64,000 nt of DNA from Promethearchaeota archaeon (GTDB lineage Archaea > Asgardarchaeota > Lokiarchaeia > Sigyniarchaeales > SOKP01), in NCBI GenBank assembly GCA_048937405.1, contig JBHLNF010000008.1, forward strand, positions 1 to 64,000, written 5' to 3'. The notes beneath the pieces were generated by a model that had not been told where the DNA came from, searched no databases, and saw only the letters and a program-made list of their open reading frames with translations. A program made the position numbers and the translations under genes. This document shows, one piece after another, positions 10,356-19,555 of the stretch. The stretch's first letter is position 1; each line of letters begins with the position of its first letter.

Positions 10356-13300
10356 ATGACAAATATTTCTATGAATCATAGTAAGATAGGTCGAATACTA
10401 TCAGAAAATATAGATGATCTTATATTCATTCTTAATGAGAAATACAACTGTGAATATAATAACTTTCAGCAATATCCATTTAGTAAAAAAATTAATGATT
10501 TTGTGCATCCACAAGATTTCAAGCGAGTATCTAGACTATTAAAAGACATATTTAGAACGGGTTATGGTTCTGAAGAAGTTCAAATAAAATATAATGGGAA
10601 CCCATTCAAATGGTTTGAAATTAAAGGAAAGAGTTTTATAGATAGTGAACATACCAAAAAAAAAGCATTACTAATTTGCAGAGATATTTCTAAATATAAA
10701 AAACTTGAAGTTGATTTAAAAAAGAGTCAAGCAAGTTTTGATGAAATAACAGGGTCTTTACCGGAAATACAATTTTGGAGATTGCTTCAATCAAGAAAAG
10801 GAATAAATGTAGTACAACAGACATCAGAAATGATACAATTAGTTTTTGATAATATACCTCAACTAATATGTTGGAAAGATACAAATTTGGTTTATATGGG
10901 GTGTAATAAGAATTTTGCTCTCTTAAATAAATTAACAGAACCAATGAGCATTATTGGTCGAAAAGACGAAGATCTTATCTGGCATAATGGAAATTTTAAT
11001 TCCTTCATAGAAAAAGAACAAGAAGTTATAGTAAATGATAAACCAGAATATAACGCTATTGAATCATTATTATCTTCCAAAGGTGCTCAAATTTGGTTTG
11101 AAATTAATAGAATTCCTATACATAATTCAAAAAATCAAGTGGTTGGAATCCTAATTACTTATGAAGATATTACTAATCGTAAAATTAATGAACAAAAATT
11201 AGAGGAATCAGAAAGTAAATATCGTGGAATATTAGAAAATATGAAAGAAACCTATTTTGAAGTTGATTTAAAAGGTAATTATGGCTATATTAATAGTGCT
11301 TTTATTGATCTAGTTGGATATTCTAAAAATGAGGTAAAATATAAAAAATATAGTGATTATGTAGACGAAGAGACTAAGAATAAAATTTTTAAAGTATATA
11401 ATGAAGTGTATCGCACCTCAAAATCAAAAAATAATTTTCAATTTCAAATTCAAAAAAAAAATGGAGATTTAGCTATATGTGAATCTTCTGTTAATTTAAG
11501 ATATGATTCTGAAGGAAATAAAATCGGTTTTAGTGGTTTAGCAAGAGATGTAACAGAGAAATATGTTTTAGAACAAAAATTAAGGGAATCTGAAAAAAAA
11601 TATCGCCATTTATTTGAAAATGCTTCATATTCTATCATTTTAGTTAATAGAAGAGGAGAGATAATTGATTGCAATCCTACGACTGAAATTTTATTTAAGA
11701 TTAAAAAAGATGATTTAATACATAAAAATTTCTTGTATTTAGATATAAAACCTCAAAAGATATTGTCTCTATTAAGTCAGAGATATGAATCAATTCTAAA
11801 AGGAAATATCCCAGATCCACTTGAGATTCAAATAATTCGAGCAGCAGATGGATCTTTAATATGGATCAGTATTAGTGAATCTATTGTTGAGTTTGGTGGA
11901 GAAACAATTTTTCAAGTAATAATTCAAGACATTACCGAAAAAAAAAATTCAGAACAAGAATTAAAGAAATCTCAAGAAGAGCTAACAATCTTAAATAAGG
12001 AATTAGAAAAAAAAGTTTTAGAGAGAACTAAGGATCTAATAGAATCTGAACAACAATATCGTACTACTATTAATTCGTTAAACGATCCTTTACATGTAAT
12101 TAACAAAGATTTAACGATTATTCTAGCAAATACAGCATTAAATGATTGGCTAGTGGACTTAGGTATTGAAAATGATCTTGTAGAGCGAAAAATATTTGAA
12201 GCATTTCCTTTTTTACCTGACAAAGTATATGAAGAATATGAATATGTATTTAATAGCGGTAAAATGGTAGTCACGGAAGAAAGTAACATTTTAAATGAAA
12301 AAGAGATATTTACAGAAACGCGAAAAATTCCAATTTTTAGTGAAGGAATTGTTGAGCAAGTAATTACAATTATAAAAGATATTACAGAAAGTAAAAAATT
12401 GGAAATTCAATTAAAAGAGTCTGAAGAAAATTATCGAAATATCACAGAACAATCGTTAGTAGGGATATTGGTACTACAAGATGGCTATTTAAAATATTTT
12501 AATAAAATAGTCTCGGAAGTTCTTGGATATACAGATGAAGAAATAAAAAATTGGGAGCCTAATGAATTTGCAAAAACGATTCATCCTAAAGATCTTGAAT
12601 TCGTAATGGAACAAATACGTAAGAAGCAATTAGGTGATCCTGATATTGTCAATCAGTATAATTATAGAATATTAAGGAAAAATGGGGAAATCAGATGGAT
12701 TGAAGTATATTCAAAAACTATTAATTATGAAGGTCGTCAAGCAGATTTAGCAATAACTCGTGATATAACCGATAAGGTTCAAACTGAACAGGAGTTAAAA
12801 GAATCTGAAGAGAATTTTCAAGATATGATAACAAATCTAGAGGAAGCATATTACAAAGTTAAATGGGAAGGAAATTTAATATATCATAATCCTGCATTTA
12901 ATAAGATAGCTGGATATGACCTTCATGAAAATTTGATTGGACAACCACCTCCTTTATTCTGGGAGAGTTCTGCTGATAGAGAGGAATATTTTGAAAAATT
13001 ACTAAAAGATGGATATATTAGAAATCATAGTTTACCTCTCAAAAGGAAAGATGATGAAAAAATTGTTGTACAAGTTAATGCTCGTTTAATTAAAGATGAA
13101 AACAATAATCCAATAGCTATTGAGGGTACATTTTCTGATATTACTGAGAAATTTAGATTAGAACAAGAATTATTTGAATCTGAAAAGAAATTACGTCAAC
13201 AAAATATAGAATTGAAAAAATTAGACAAAATTAAAAATGATTTTATCACCATGGCAGCTCATGAATTAAAAACTCCCCTAATATCGATTTCAGGATACAC

Positions 13301-13922
13301 AGATTATATTTTGATGAAACATCGAAATCAACTTAATAAAGAAGTTACAATGGATTTGTTAACTGTTCAAAGAAATGTCAATCGTTTAGAAATATTAATG
13401 GATCAATTATTAGAAGTGATGAAAATTGATGAAGATAAACTTAAATTACAGAAAGAATTAATAGATGTTAGTAAAATAATAAATAATTGTCTTGATGAAC
13501 TTAGTTATCTCATCAATGAAAAAAATCTTGAAGTTATTTTGAATATCGAACCAAAAATATTTTTAAATGTGGATCCTACACGTATTTTTACGGTTTTTAC
13601 TAATTTAATTTCAAATGCTATTAAATTCACCCCTGATTATGGATGGATCAAAATTTCAGCCATAAAAAAAGAAAATCATTATATTTTTGAAGTAAAAGAT
13701 AATGGAATTGGACTAGCACAAGAGGATATTGGAAGGTTATTTAAAAAATTCGAAAGAATAAGACCACCCCTTATAAATAATCACATTAATATTAAAGACT
13801 CTGGGACTGGTTTAGGGCTATATATCACTAAGGGAATTATTAAAACTCATGGAGGTACTATAAGGGCAGAATCAGAAGGTCTAGATAAAGGTTCTAAATT
13901 TATATTCACATTACCTCTTTAA
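10356..13922 (+). CDS. Cytoplasmic multi-PAS sensor histidine kinase
   Basis: About 7 PAS/PAC units ending in D(I/V)T/DIS; H-box AHELKTPL; NAIKF, DNGIG, GTGLGL; no TM helix. Confidence 0.95.
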   Translation: MTNISMNHSKIGRILSENIDDLIFILNEKYNCEYNNFQQYPFSKKINDFVHPQDFKRVSRLLKDIFRTGYGSEEVQIKYNGNPFKWFEIKGKSFIDSEHTKKKALLICRDISKYKKLEVDLKKSQASFDEITGSLPEIQFWRLLQSRKGINVVQQTSEMIQLVFDNIPQLICWKDTNLVYMGCNKNFALLNKLTEPMSIIGRKDEDLIWHNGNFNSFIEKEQEVIVNDKPEYNAIESLLSSKGAQIWFEINRIPIHNSKNQVVGILITYEDITNRKINEQKLEESESKYRGILENMKETYFEVDLKGNYGYINSAFIDLVGYSKNEVKYKKYSDYVDEETKNKIFKVYNEVYRTSKSKNNFQFQIQKKNGDLAICESSVNLRYDSEGNKIGFSGLARDVTEKYVLEQKLRESEKKYRHLFENASYSIILVNRRGEIIDCNPTTEILFKIKKDDLIHKNFLYLDIKPQKILSLLSQRYESILKGNIPDPLEIQIIRAADGSLIWISISESIVEFGGETIFQVIIQDITEKKNSEQELKKSQEELTILNKELEKKVLERTKDLIESEQQYRTTINSLNDPLHVINKDLTIILANTALNDWLVDLGIENDLVERKIFEAFPFLPDKVYEEYEYVFNSGKMVVTEESNILNEKEIFTETRKIPIFSEGIVEQVITIIKDITESKKLEIQLKESEENYRNITEQSLVGILVLQDGYLKYFNKIVSEVLGYTDEEIKNWEPNEFAKTIHPKDLEFVMEQIRKKQLGDPDIVNQYNYRILRKNGEIRWIEVYSKTINYEGRQADLAITRDITDKVQTEQELKESEENFQDMITNLEEAYYKVKWEGNLIYHNPAFNKIAGYDLHENLIGQPPPLFWESSADREEYFEKLLKDGYIRNHSLPLKRKDDEKIVVQVNARLIKDENNNPIAIEGTFSDITEKFRLEQELFESEKKLRQQNIELKKLDKIKNDFITMAAHELKTPLISISGYTDYILMKHRNQLNKEVTMDLLTVQRNVNRLEILMDQLLEVMKIDEDKLKLQKELIDVSKIINNCLDELSYLINEKNLEVILNIEPKIFLNVDPTRIFTVFTNLISNAIKFTPDYGWIKISAIKKENHYIFEVKDNGIGLAQEDIGRLFKKFERIRPPLINNHINIKDSGTGLGLYITKGIIKTHGGTIRAESEGLDKGSKFIFTLPL

Positions 13923-14108
13923 ATTTTAAGAAATCTTGATCCTTTTTTTTCACTTTTACTCATAACTTCATTACTATAATATGATTAAATTTATAATTCA
14001 ATCAATTTTTCTTTAAAAATAAACAGAAATTTATTAATCTGTATTAAAATATTAATTAGCTTTTTAAAATTTAATTATAATCTGGGTTTCTGTGATTGAA
14101 TTCTTATA

Positions 14109-16238
14109 ATGTCCACATTAGTAATAACAGAAAAAAATAAGGTTGCTGAAGCGATCGCAAATACAATTGGACCAGTGAAGAAAGTTAATAAAACAAAATC
14201 ATTGGTGATATATTCAGTACCATCTAAAAATATTCATGTATTACCCTTAAGAGGGCACATTCTTGAATATAGAAACACTATTGCCTTTAAAAGTTGGACA
14301 AAAACAAATCCTCGAGAGATAATAACCAATCCTGATGCAATTGAAAAGGTTCCAATAAGTTATGCTGGACCATATATACAAGCATTGAAAGAATATTCAA
14401 AAAATTCAAATCATTGTATCATAGCTACAGACGCAGATATTGAAGGATGTAATATTGGTCTATTTGATGCACTTCCATTTGTTAAGCAAGTTAATCCCCA
14501 TATAAAAATCTCTCAATTATGGCTTAGTTCGCTTCAAAGAAGTGAAATCTTTAATAAATTAAATAATCTTGTATCACCAAAATATAGTTGGGGAGAATCG
14601 GGAGAAGCAAGAGCAATAATAGATGCTTTTATTGGTTTTTCAGCTACTAGAGAAGTTACAAACACATTAAGACCTTTATTAAATAAATTCAATATCAAAT
14701 TCACTTCTATAGGTCGAGTTCAGACAAGTCTCTTATATTTAATTTATCTTCGTGAAAATGAGATTATAGATTTCATCCCAGAACCCTATTATTTGATCGA
14801 TGCTAATTTAGTTCATAATAGTGGTTCATTTAAAGCTCACCATCAATATAATCCTTTTTCAAGAAATCAACAATTAGAAGTAAGGCAAATTTATGAAAAA
14901 ATTAAAAATGAAAAGTATGGAAAGATTATTGACAATTCTAAGGTTAAATTTAGAAGAGAACCTCCAACACCGCTAAATACATCAAAAGCATTGATTCTAT
15001 TAACAAAAAATTTGAGAATATCAGCTAACCTCGCTATGCGAACTATGAGTGCACTATATCTCAATAAGATTATCTCTTATCCTAGAACTGATAGCGATGT
15101 TTATAAAAATGATTTTAATCATGTTGAAATTTTGCACAAATTTTCACATCATTCACAATTCAATAATTATGTTATAGATCTTTTCAAAAATAAGAGGATT
15201 AACCCAACAAAAGGTAAAAAAGATATAGGTGATCATCCTCCTATTACTCCACTTGAAGGTTTAGAAATTGATAGTCCCCGATTCGAGAATAATGTTCAAA
15301 AAAAGGTGTATGATATTCTTGCTCGTCATTATCTAGCTCTTTTTGGAGAACCCGCAATAGAATCAAAACAAAAATTGATGATAAATATTAAGGGAGAACT
15401 TTTTATAGCAAAAATTGTATCATTAATTTCGCTAGGTTTTTTAGAAGTTGCTCCATTTCTTAAACCCAAGTATGAATCTGAAATTCAGATCTTTGGTAAT
15501 GAAGTTCCAGTAAAAGAGATATTACTGGAAGAAAGAGAAACAAAACCCCCACCAAAATATACAGATACATCATTATTGAAATTGATGGAAAAAAATAATC
15601 TTGGTACAAAATCTACAAGACCAATTATTATAAATCTTTTACTATTACGAAAATTAATTAATAGGATGAAAAATCGTTATTCAATAACAGATCTTGGTAA
15701 ATTTTTAATTCTAAATTTGATTGAGATATGGTTACCCTTTTTAGTGCCAGATTTTACTAAAGGAGTAGAGGAAAAGCTCGAGGAAGTTAAAAATAAAAGA
15801 AAAACAATGAATATAGTTATAAAAGAAGTAAGAGATGAGTTTTTAGAATTATTTGATAAATTTTTATTTAATAAAAGTAATTTCATTTCTAGAATTAATA
15901 ATTTTAAAATTGAGTATAAGACACCAATTACCACATCAAATTGTCCATTTTGTGAAAGTAATCCTATGAAATTTATTAACACAAAAAAAAATAGATTTTT
16001 AGTCTGTTCTGATGAAAATTGTAAACAATTTTTATCATTGCCCAAGAATGGGAAATTAGAATTGTTAAATTCTACTTGTTCAATCTGTAATTTTAATATT
16101 TTTAAAATAACATTAAAAAAAAATAATAAACCATTTCAATATTATATTTGTCCTAAATGTTGGAATGCGAATCGTTCAAGGTTTTGTTCTAATTGTAGTG
16201 AATATAAAATTTCTAAAGATAAATGCATAAAAAAATAA
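14109..16238 (+). CDS. topA: Type IA DNA topoisomerase with C-terminal Zn ribbons
   Basis: TOPRIM ITEK and ATDADIEG, GRVQT, catalytic SYPRTD, HPPITP, LGTKSTR; several C-terminal CxxC pairs. Confidence 0.95.
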   Translation: MSTLVITEKNKVAEAIANTIGPVKKVNKTKSLVIYSVPSKNIHVLPLRGHILEYRNTIAFKSWTKTNPREIITNPDAIEKVPISYAGPYIQALKEYSKNSNHCIIATDADIEGCNIGLFDALPFVKQVNPHIKISQLWLSSLQRSEIFNKLNNLVSPKYSWGESGEARAIIDAFIGFSATREVTNTLRPLLNKFNIKFTSIGRVQTSLLYLIYLRENEIIDFIPEPYYLIDANLVHNSGSFKAHHQYNPFSRNQQLEVRQIYEKIKNEKYGKIIDNSKVKFRREPPTPLNTSKALILLTKNLRISANLAMRTMSALYLNKIISYPRTDSDVYKNDFNHVEILHKFSHHSQFNNYVIDLFKNKRINPTKGKKDIGDHPPITPLEGLEIDSPRFENNVQKKVYDILARHYLALFGEPAIESKQKLMINIKGELFIAKIVSLISLGFLEVAPFLKPKYESEIQIFGNEVPVKEILLEERETKPPPKYTDTSLLKLMEKNNLGTKSTRPIIINLLLLRKLINRMKNRYSITDLGKFLILNLIEIWLPFLVPDFTKGVEEKLEEVKNKRKTMNIVIKEVRDEFLELFDKFLFNKSNFISRINNFKIEYKTPITTSNCPFCESNPMKFINTKKNRFLVCSDENCKQFLSLPKNGKLELLNSTCSICNFNIFKITLKKNNKPFQYYICPKCWNANRSRFCSNCSEYKISKDKCIKK

Positions 16239-16358
16239 AAGGCTTGTTCCTATTATAATAAAAATGAAATATTTCATAATGGTCTTAATATGAATAAGCT
16301 TAAAATTGCTCAGAAGAAATTTAAAAAGGAGTAAAATTCTTAAAAAGTCCTATTTAAT

Positions 16359-16697
16359 TTATAAAAAGTCATTTGAATTAAAACGATAAGCTGCTCTGGT
16401 TAGTCCCACATAGTTATCACTAATCTTATAATACATTTTACCATTAACTATTTTTTTCTGTAAATAACTATTTTTTATTGTGTGATTTAATCCATGAATC
16501 ATAGTACCTAAAGTAACTGCTCCAATATACTCATGTTGTTTTTTTGTAATTCTTATTAATTCCAGTTCAGAATGCCATTGACCATCGAGAAGTGCTATAA
16601 GTATCTCGTTTTTTATAGGAGTTTTAATATCTTTAATTTTATTGAATAGATTAGAATAACTTGGCTTATAAAAGCTTTTATTATCGAGATTTGTCAT
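16359..16697 (-). CDS. Small hypothetical protein, probable winged helix
   Basis: EILIALLDGQWHSELELIR helices followed by a KKIVNGKMYYKIS wing-like hairpin; basic. Confidence 0.6.
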   Translation of the reverse strand: MTNLDNKSFYKPSYSNLFNKIKDIKTPIKNEILIALLDGQWHSELELIRITKKQHEYIGAVTLGTMIHGLNHTIKNSYLQKKIVNGKMYYKISDNYVGLTRAAYRFNSNDFL

Positions 16698-16815
16698 AGT
16701 TTATAATACCTTTAAAAGAAGTTCTTATATTATGAATAGATATTAAAATTTCCTATATAACAAAATGTAATATCTTAATGTTATAGGGATATTTTCAAGA
16801 TGTTAGTATGAAATA

Positions 16816-17937
16816 TTAAAGGAGGTTTGGAGGGATCCCCTCATTATAAAATTTTGCTCGTGTTATCCAGTTCTGAGAAAATTCTGGAATCATTGCTAGA
16901 ATTGATCCTCCAATCCATACAGAAAACGTTCGCTCCATAGGAGCGATAATTCTTATAACCTGATTTTTTTTCTTTCTTCTTGCTAATTCTATTTCTAATT
17001 CTTGATAGATACGTGATTTCAAATTAGGAAACATAGAGGAACCGCCTGAAAGAAAAATATTATTTAATAATTCAGGGCGGATATCTACGTCACAGTTCTC
17101 AATTACATCCATAATGGCTATATGTAATGCATCTTCCTCTACCTCTGAGGTAGGATTAAATAATATTTCTGGTACAATAAATCGCTCTTTATTAAGAGAA
17201 ATTGTAGATCCATCTGGTAATGAATATTCTTTTTCATACTGCTCACTTCGTTTAAGATCTTCTTTGTAATCTAATGAAATAAAACATGCTTTTTCTTTTA
17301 GAACTCTTGCTAATTCTCTACGTATTGAAGAGTCAACAGACCATCCAATTGATTCTAGAACTTGTTCCATATGTCGAGTTAAAAATCTTCCCCCTATATC
17401 TAAGATACGTACCGCATGTTCTAATTTATATCCTTCATAAATAGGAACTATTCTTGTATTACTATCGCCAATCTCAACAATTAATCCTGTTTGAAAACCC
17501 CCAGAATATAGAGTTAGCATGGAATCTAAAACTGGATAAAATGACATACATTGATAACGTTCTAAGAATAATTCAAATATTTTCTCTAAATCTTTATATG
17601 GAAATAGAGGATGTACAGCAAATAAAACATTAACAAGTGTAGGATCTACTCTAAGGTTATAGAAAATATAATCAATTATATTCGCAAAATGAGTCCAATC
17701 TACAACAATTCCTTTTTCAATTGGATGAAAAATTTTATATAATCCTATTGATTGAATTTCATCTCCAACATATATCTCATTTTCACGGGAACTTTTAGAT
17801 TCATAATCTACACTTACATTTTGATATTTTGGTTTACCAACCATTGTTAAAAAAACTTGACTAGGAGAGTCTTCTCCTGCAAATCCAATTTTTGAAGAAA
17901 ACTGCCCAATATCTAAAACAACTGTTAAATTTCCCAT
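16816..17937 (-). CDS. Actin-related protein (Asgard actin family, divergent)
   Basis: VLDIGQFSSKIGFAGEDSP, YVGDE, PIEKGIV, VPIYEGY, LKEKACFI, YSLPDGSTI, ERFIVPEILF, CDVDIR, LSGGSSMFP, SVWIGGSILA: colinear with actin over 373 aa. Confidence 0.95.
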   Translation of the reverse strand: MGNLTVVLDIGQFSSKIGFAGEDSPSQVFLTMVGKPKYQNVSVDYESKSSRENEIYVGDEIQSIGLYKIFHPIEKGIVVDWTHFANIIDYIFYNLRVDPTLVNVLFAVHPLFPYKDLEKIFELFLERYQCMSFYPVLDSMLTLYSGGFQTGLIVEIGDSNTRIVPIYEGYKLEHAVRILDIGGRFLTRHMEQVLESIGWSVDSSIRRELARVLKEKACFISLDYKEDLKRSEQYEKEYSLPDGSTISLNKERFIVPEILFNPTSEVEEDALHIAIMDVIENCDVDIRPELLNNIFLSGGSSMFPNLKSRIYQELEIELARRKKKNQVIRIIAPMERTFSVWIGGSILAMIPEFSQNWITRAKFYNEGIPPNLL

Positions 17938-18199
17938 TGGTTATTATGATCTAAATTATTATATAGATAAGTAGCCTAAACAATTATATCTTATATATTA
18001 TTTTAATAGTAAAAAAAAAATATTTACTTTTTAAGTAGAAAATCTTTAAAAAACAGCACAAATCAAATTTGAATATTCGCATAGTCATAAAAATTCTTTG
18101 AAAACTTGTAGAAATTTATATTAAAAGAATAAGACTAGAAATTTAAAAAATAGAATAAGGAAAAGTAGATTATTATTCAAAAAATATGTAAAATAGAAC

Positions 18200-18901
18200 T
18201 TATTCTCCTCTCATAATTTTCTTTAAACGATTTAATTCGTCTAACATTTCATCACGAAGAGATCCTAATCCACCACCTTGTTGTGGGGCTATTGCTGGTG
18301 CTGCTGGACCAGGAGGTCTTGGAGGTCCACCACCAGGGGGACTTGGTCTCTTTGCAAATGCAGTTGGTGCCGCAGGAGGGCCTGCACTTGAGGGACTACC
18401 AGGTGCTTTAGGGGGTCCACCAGCGGGAGGTAATTTCGGTGCAGGAGGCAAACTTGGTTTCTTTGGAGGGCCTGCACTTGAGGGAGTACCAGGTGCTTTA
18501 GGAGGTCCACCACTTGGAGGAGCTGCTGGAGGGCCTGCCTTTTTGGGAGGTCCACCACTTGGAGGAGCGGGAGCTGATGGAACAGCAACGGTAGGAGCTC
18601 CTGTAGGTGTAGATGCTGGAGTGGCACCTCCACCACTACTTAATAAACTAAATAGAGTACTAGCTGCCGCAGTTTTTGCACCTTCACTTGTTGGTGCTAC
18701 GATTTTTTTAGAGGAAGTACTTACGGTTTGAACTTCTTCAACAACTGAAACATCCTTTAAATCCTTTTGAGCTTTAGCTAAAGATTTAATAAAATCATTA
18801 ATTCCTTTAATAGTTTCTTCTAGATCATCAGCTAAAGAAGTTAATCCTTTTTTCATAAAATTAATAACTCTTTCAACTTTTTTCTGTTCTTTTGAGACCA
18901 C
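18200..18901 (-). CDS. Coiled-coil / proline-rich protein with C-terminal WH2- or VASP-like helix; putative actin regulator
   Basis: N-terminal amphipathic helix of about 50 aa; about 110 aa rich in P/G/A with GGPPK and AGPP repeats; tail GGGLGSLRDEMLDELNRLKKIMRGE; GTG start with upstream GAGG. Confidence 0.65.
   Translation of the reverse strand: MVSKEQKKVERVINFMKKGLTSLADDLEETIKGINDFIKSLAKAQKDLKDVSVVEEVQTVSTSSKKIVAPTSEGAKTAAASTLFSLLSSGGGATPASTPTGAPTVAVPSAPAPPSGGPPKKAGPPAAPPSGGPPKAPGTPSSAGPPKKPSLPPAPKLPPAGGPPKAPGSPSSAGPPAAPTAFAKRPSPPGGGPPRPPGPAAPAIAPQQGGGLGSLRDEMLDELNRLKKIMRGE
18375..18568. repeat. Intragenic direct repeats encoding the Pro-rich units
   Basis: 48-nt copies at 18375-18422 and 18465-18512 (2 mismatches); GGAGGTCCACCACTTGGAGGAGC at 18501 and 18546. 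Confidence 0.85.
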
Positions 18902-19201
18902 TTTCTACTCAATTCCTCTAATATTATTGAAAAATTGATAAAAATTAAAATTACTAATTATAATAATTATATTTTAATTATATTAATAAGTATATATAAT
19001 TTTATTCCATTCTTAATCGACTCTATATACCGATGTATTACGAACAACAAAAAAAACATTAATTAATAAAAAACCTAAACTAATAATATTATATAACATG
19101 TTTCATTAGTAATTTAAAAATTAATAACATTATAAATTCCAAAATAAAATAAAAAATAGAACACAAGTAATAAATCCTAATCTGCATTGGTGAAAAAAAA
19201 T

Positions 19202-19498
19202 ATGCCTAAACGTGAACTCTTCATAATAGGCTTAACATATCGTTAGGTTTGTGAAAAAAGGGTATATGAAATTGTAAATGAACTTAAAATCCCTCTTATA
19301 GACGAAAGAGTCTATGATAAAGTAAGTTTCAGTACAGGCTCAGCCATAGCCTCTGTAATCTTCAGATTTGAGGAAGATGAATCAGTTATCCGTGGCTTTC
19401 TAGGTCTGGCAGAATATTTCCACACTGTTGTAATTAAGAAGAAGGATGAATTCTATATTCCCCATTCCAGTATTTTATTCAAATTGGAAAGTGCTTAA
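19202..19498 (+). CDS. Small ORF absent from the ORF track, with an in-frame TAG at codon 15 (readthrough, nonsense allele or alternative start)
   Basis: GGTGA at 19189 then ATG 19202; MPKRELFIIGLTYR*VCEKRVYEIVNELKIPLIDERVYDK...FKLESA*; 83 open codons after the TAG, followed by a T-run. Confidence 0.55.
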
Positions 19499-19555
19499 AT
19501 TAATTTTTTTTTACTTTTCTTTTATTAAAGCATTTTTTATTTTATCAAGACTCTT

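Noticed and set aside
16816-17937. Eukaryotic contamination, or canonical actin/Lokiactin
   Set aside because: Intronless gene in archaeal context with matching composition; too divergent at core motifs to be the conserved filament actin
18375-18568. GC-rich repeats as a possible CRISPR array or structural RNA
   Set aside because: The repeats are in-frame coding units without unique spacers, and there are no cas genes
18289-18731. Alternative-frame ORFs 18289-18636 (Leu/Gln-rich) and 18543-18731
   Set aside because: By-products of the repetitive Pro/Gly/Ala codons of the 233-aa gene
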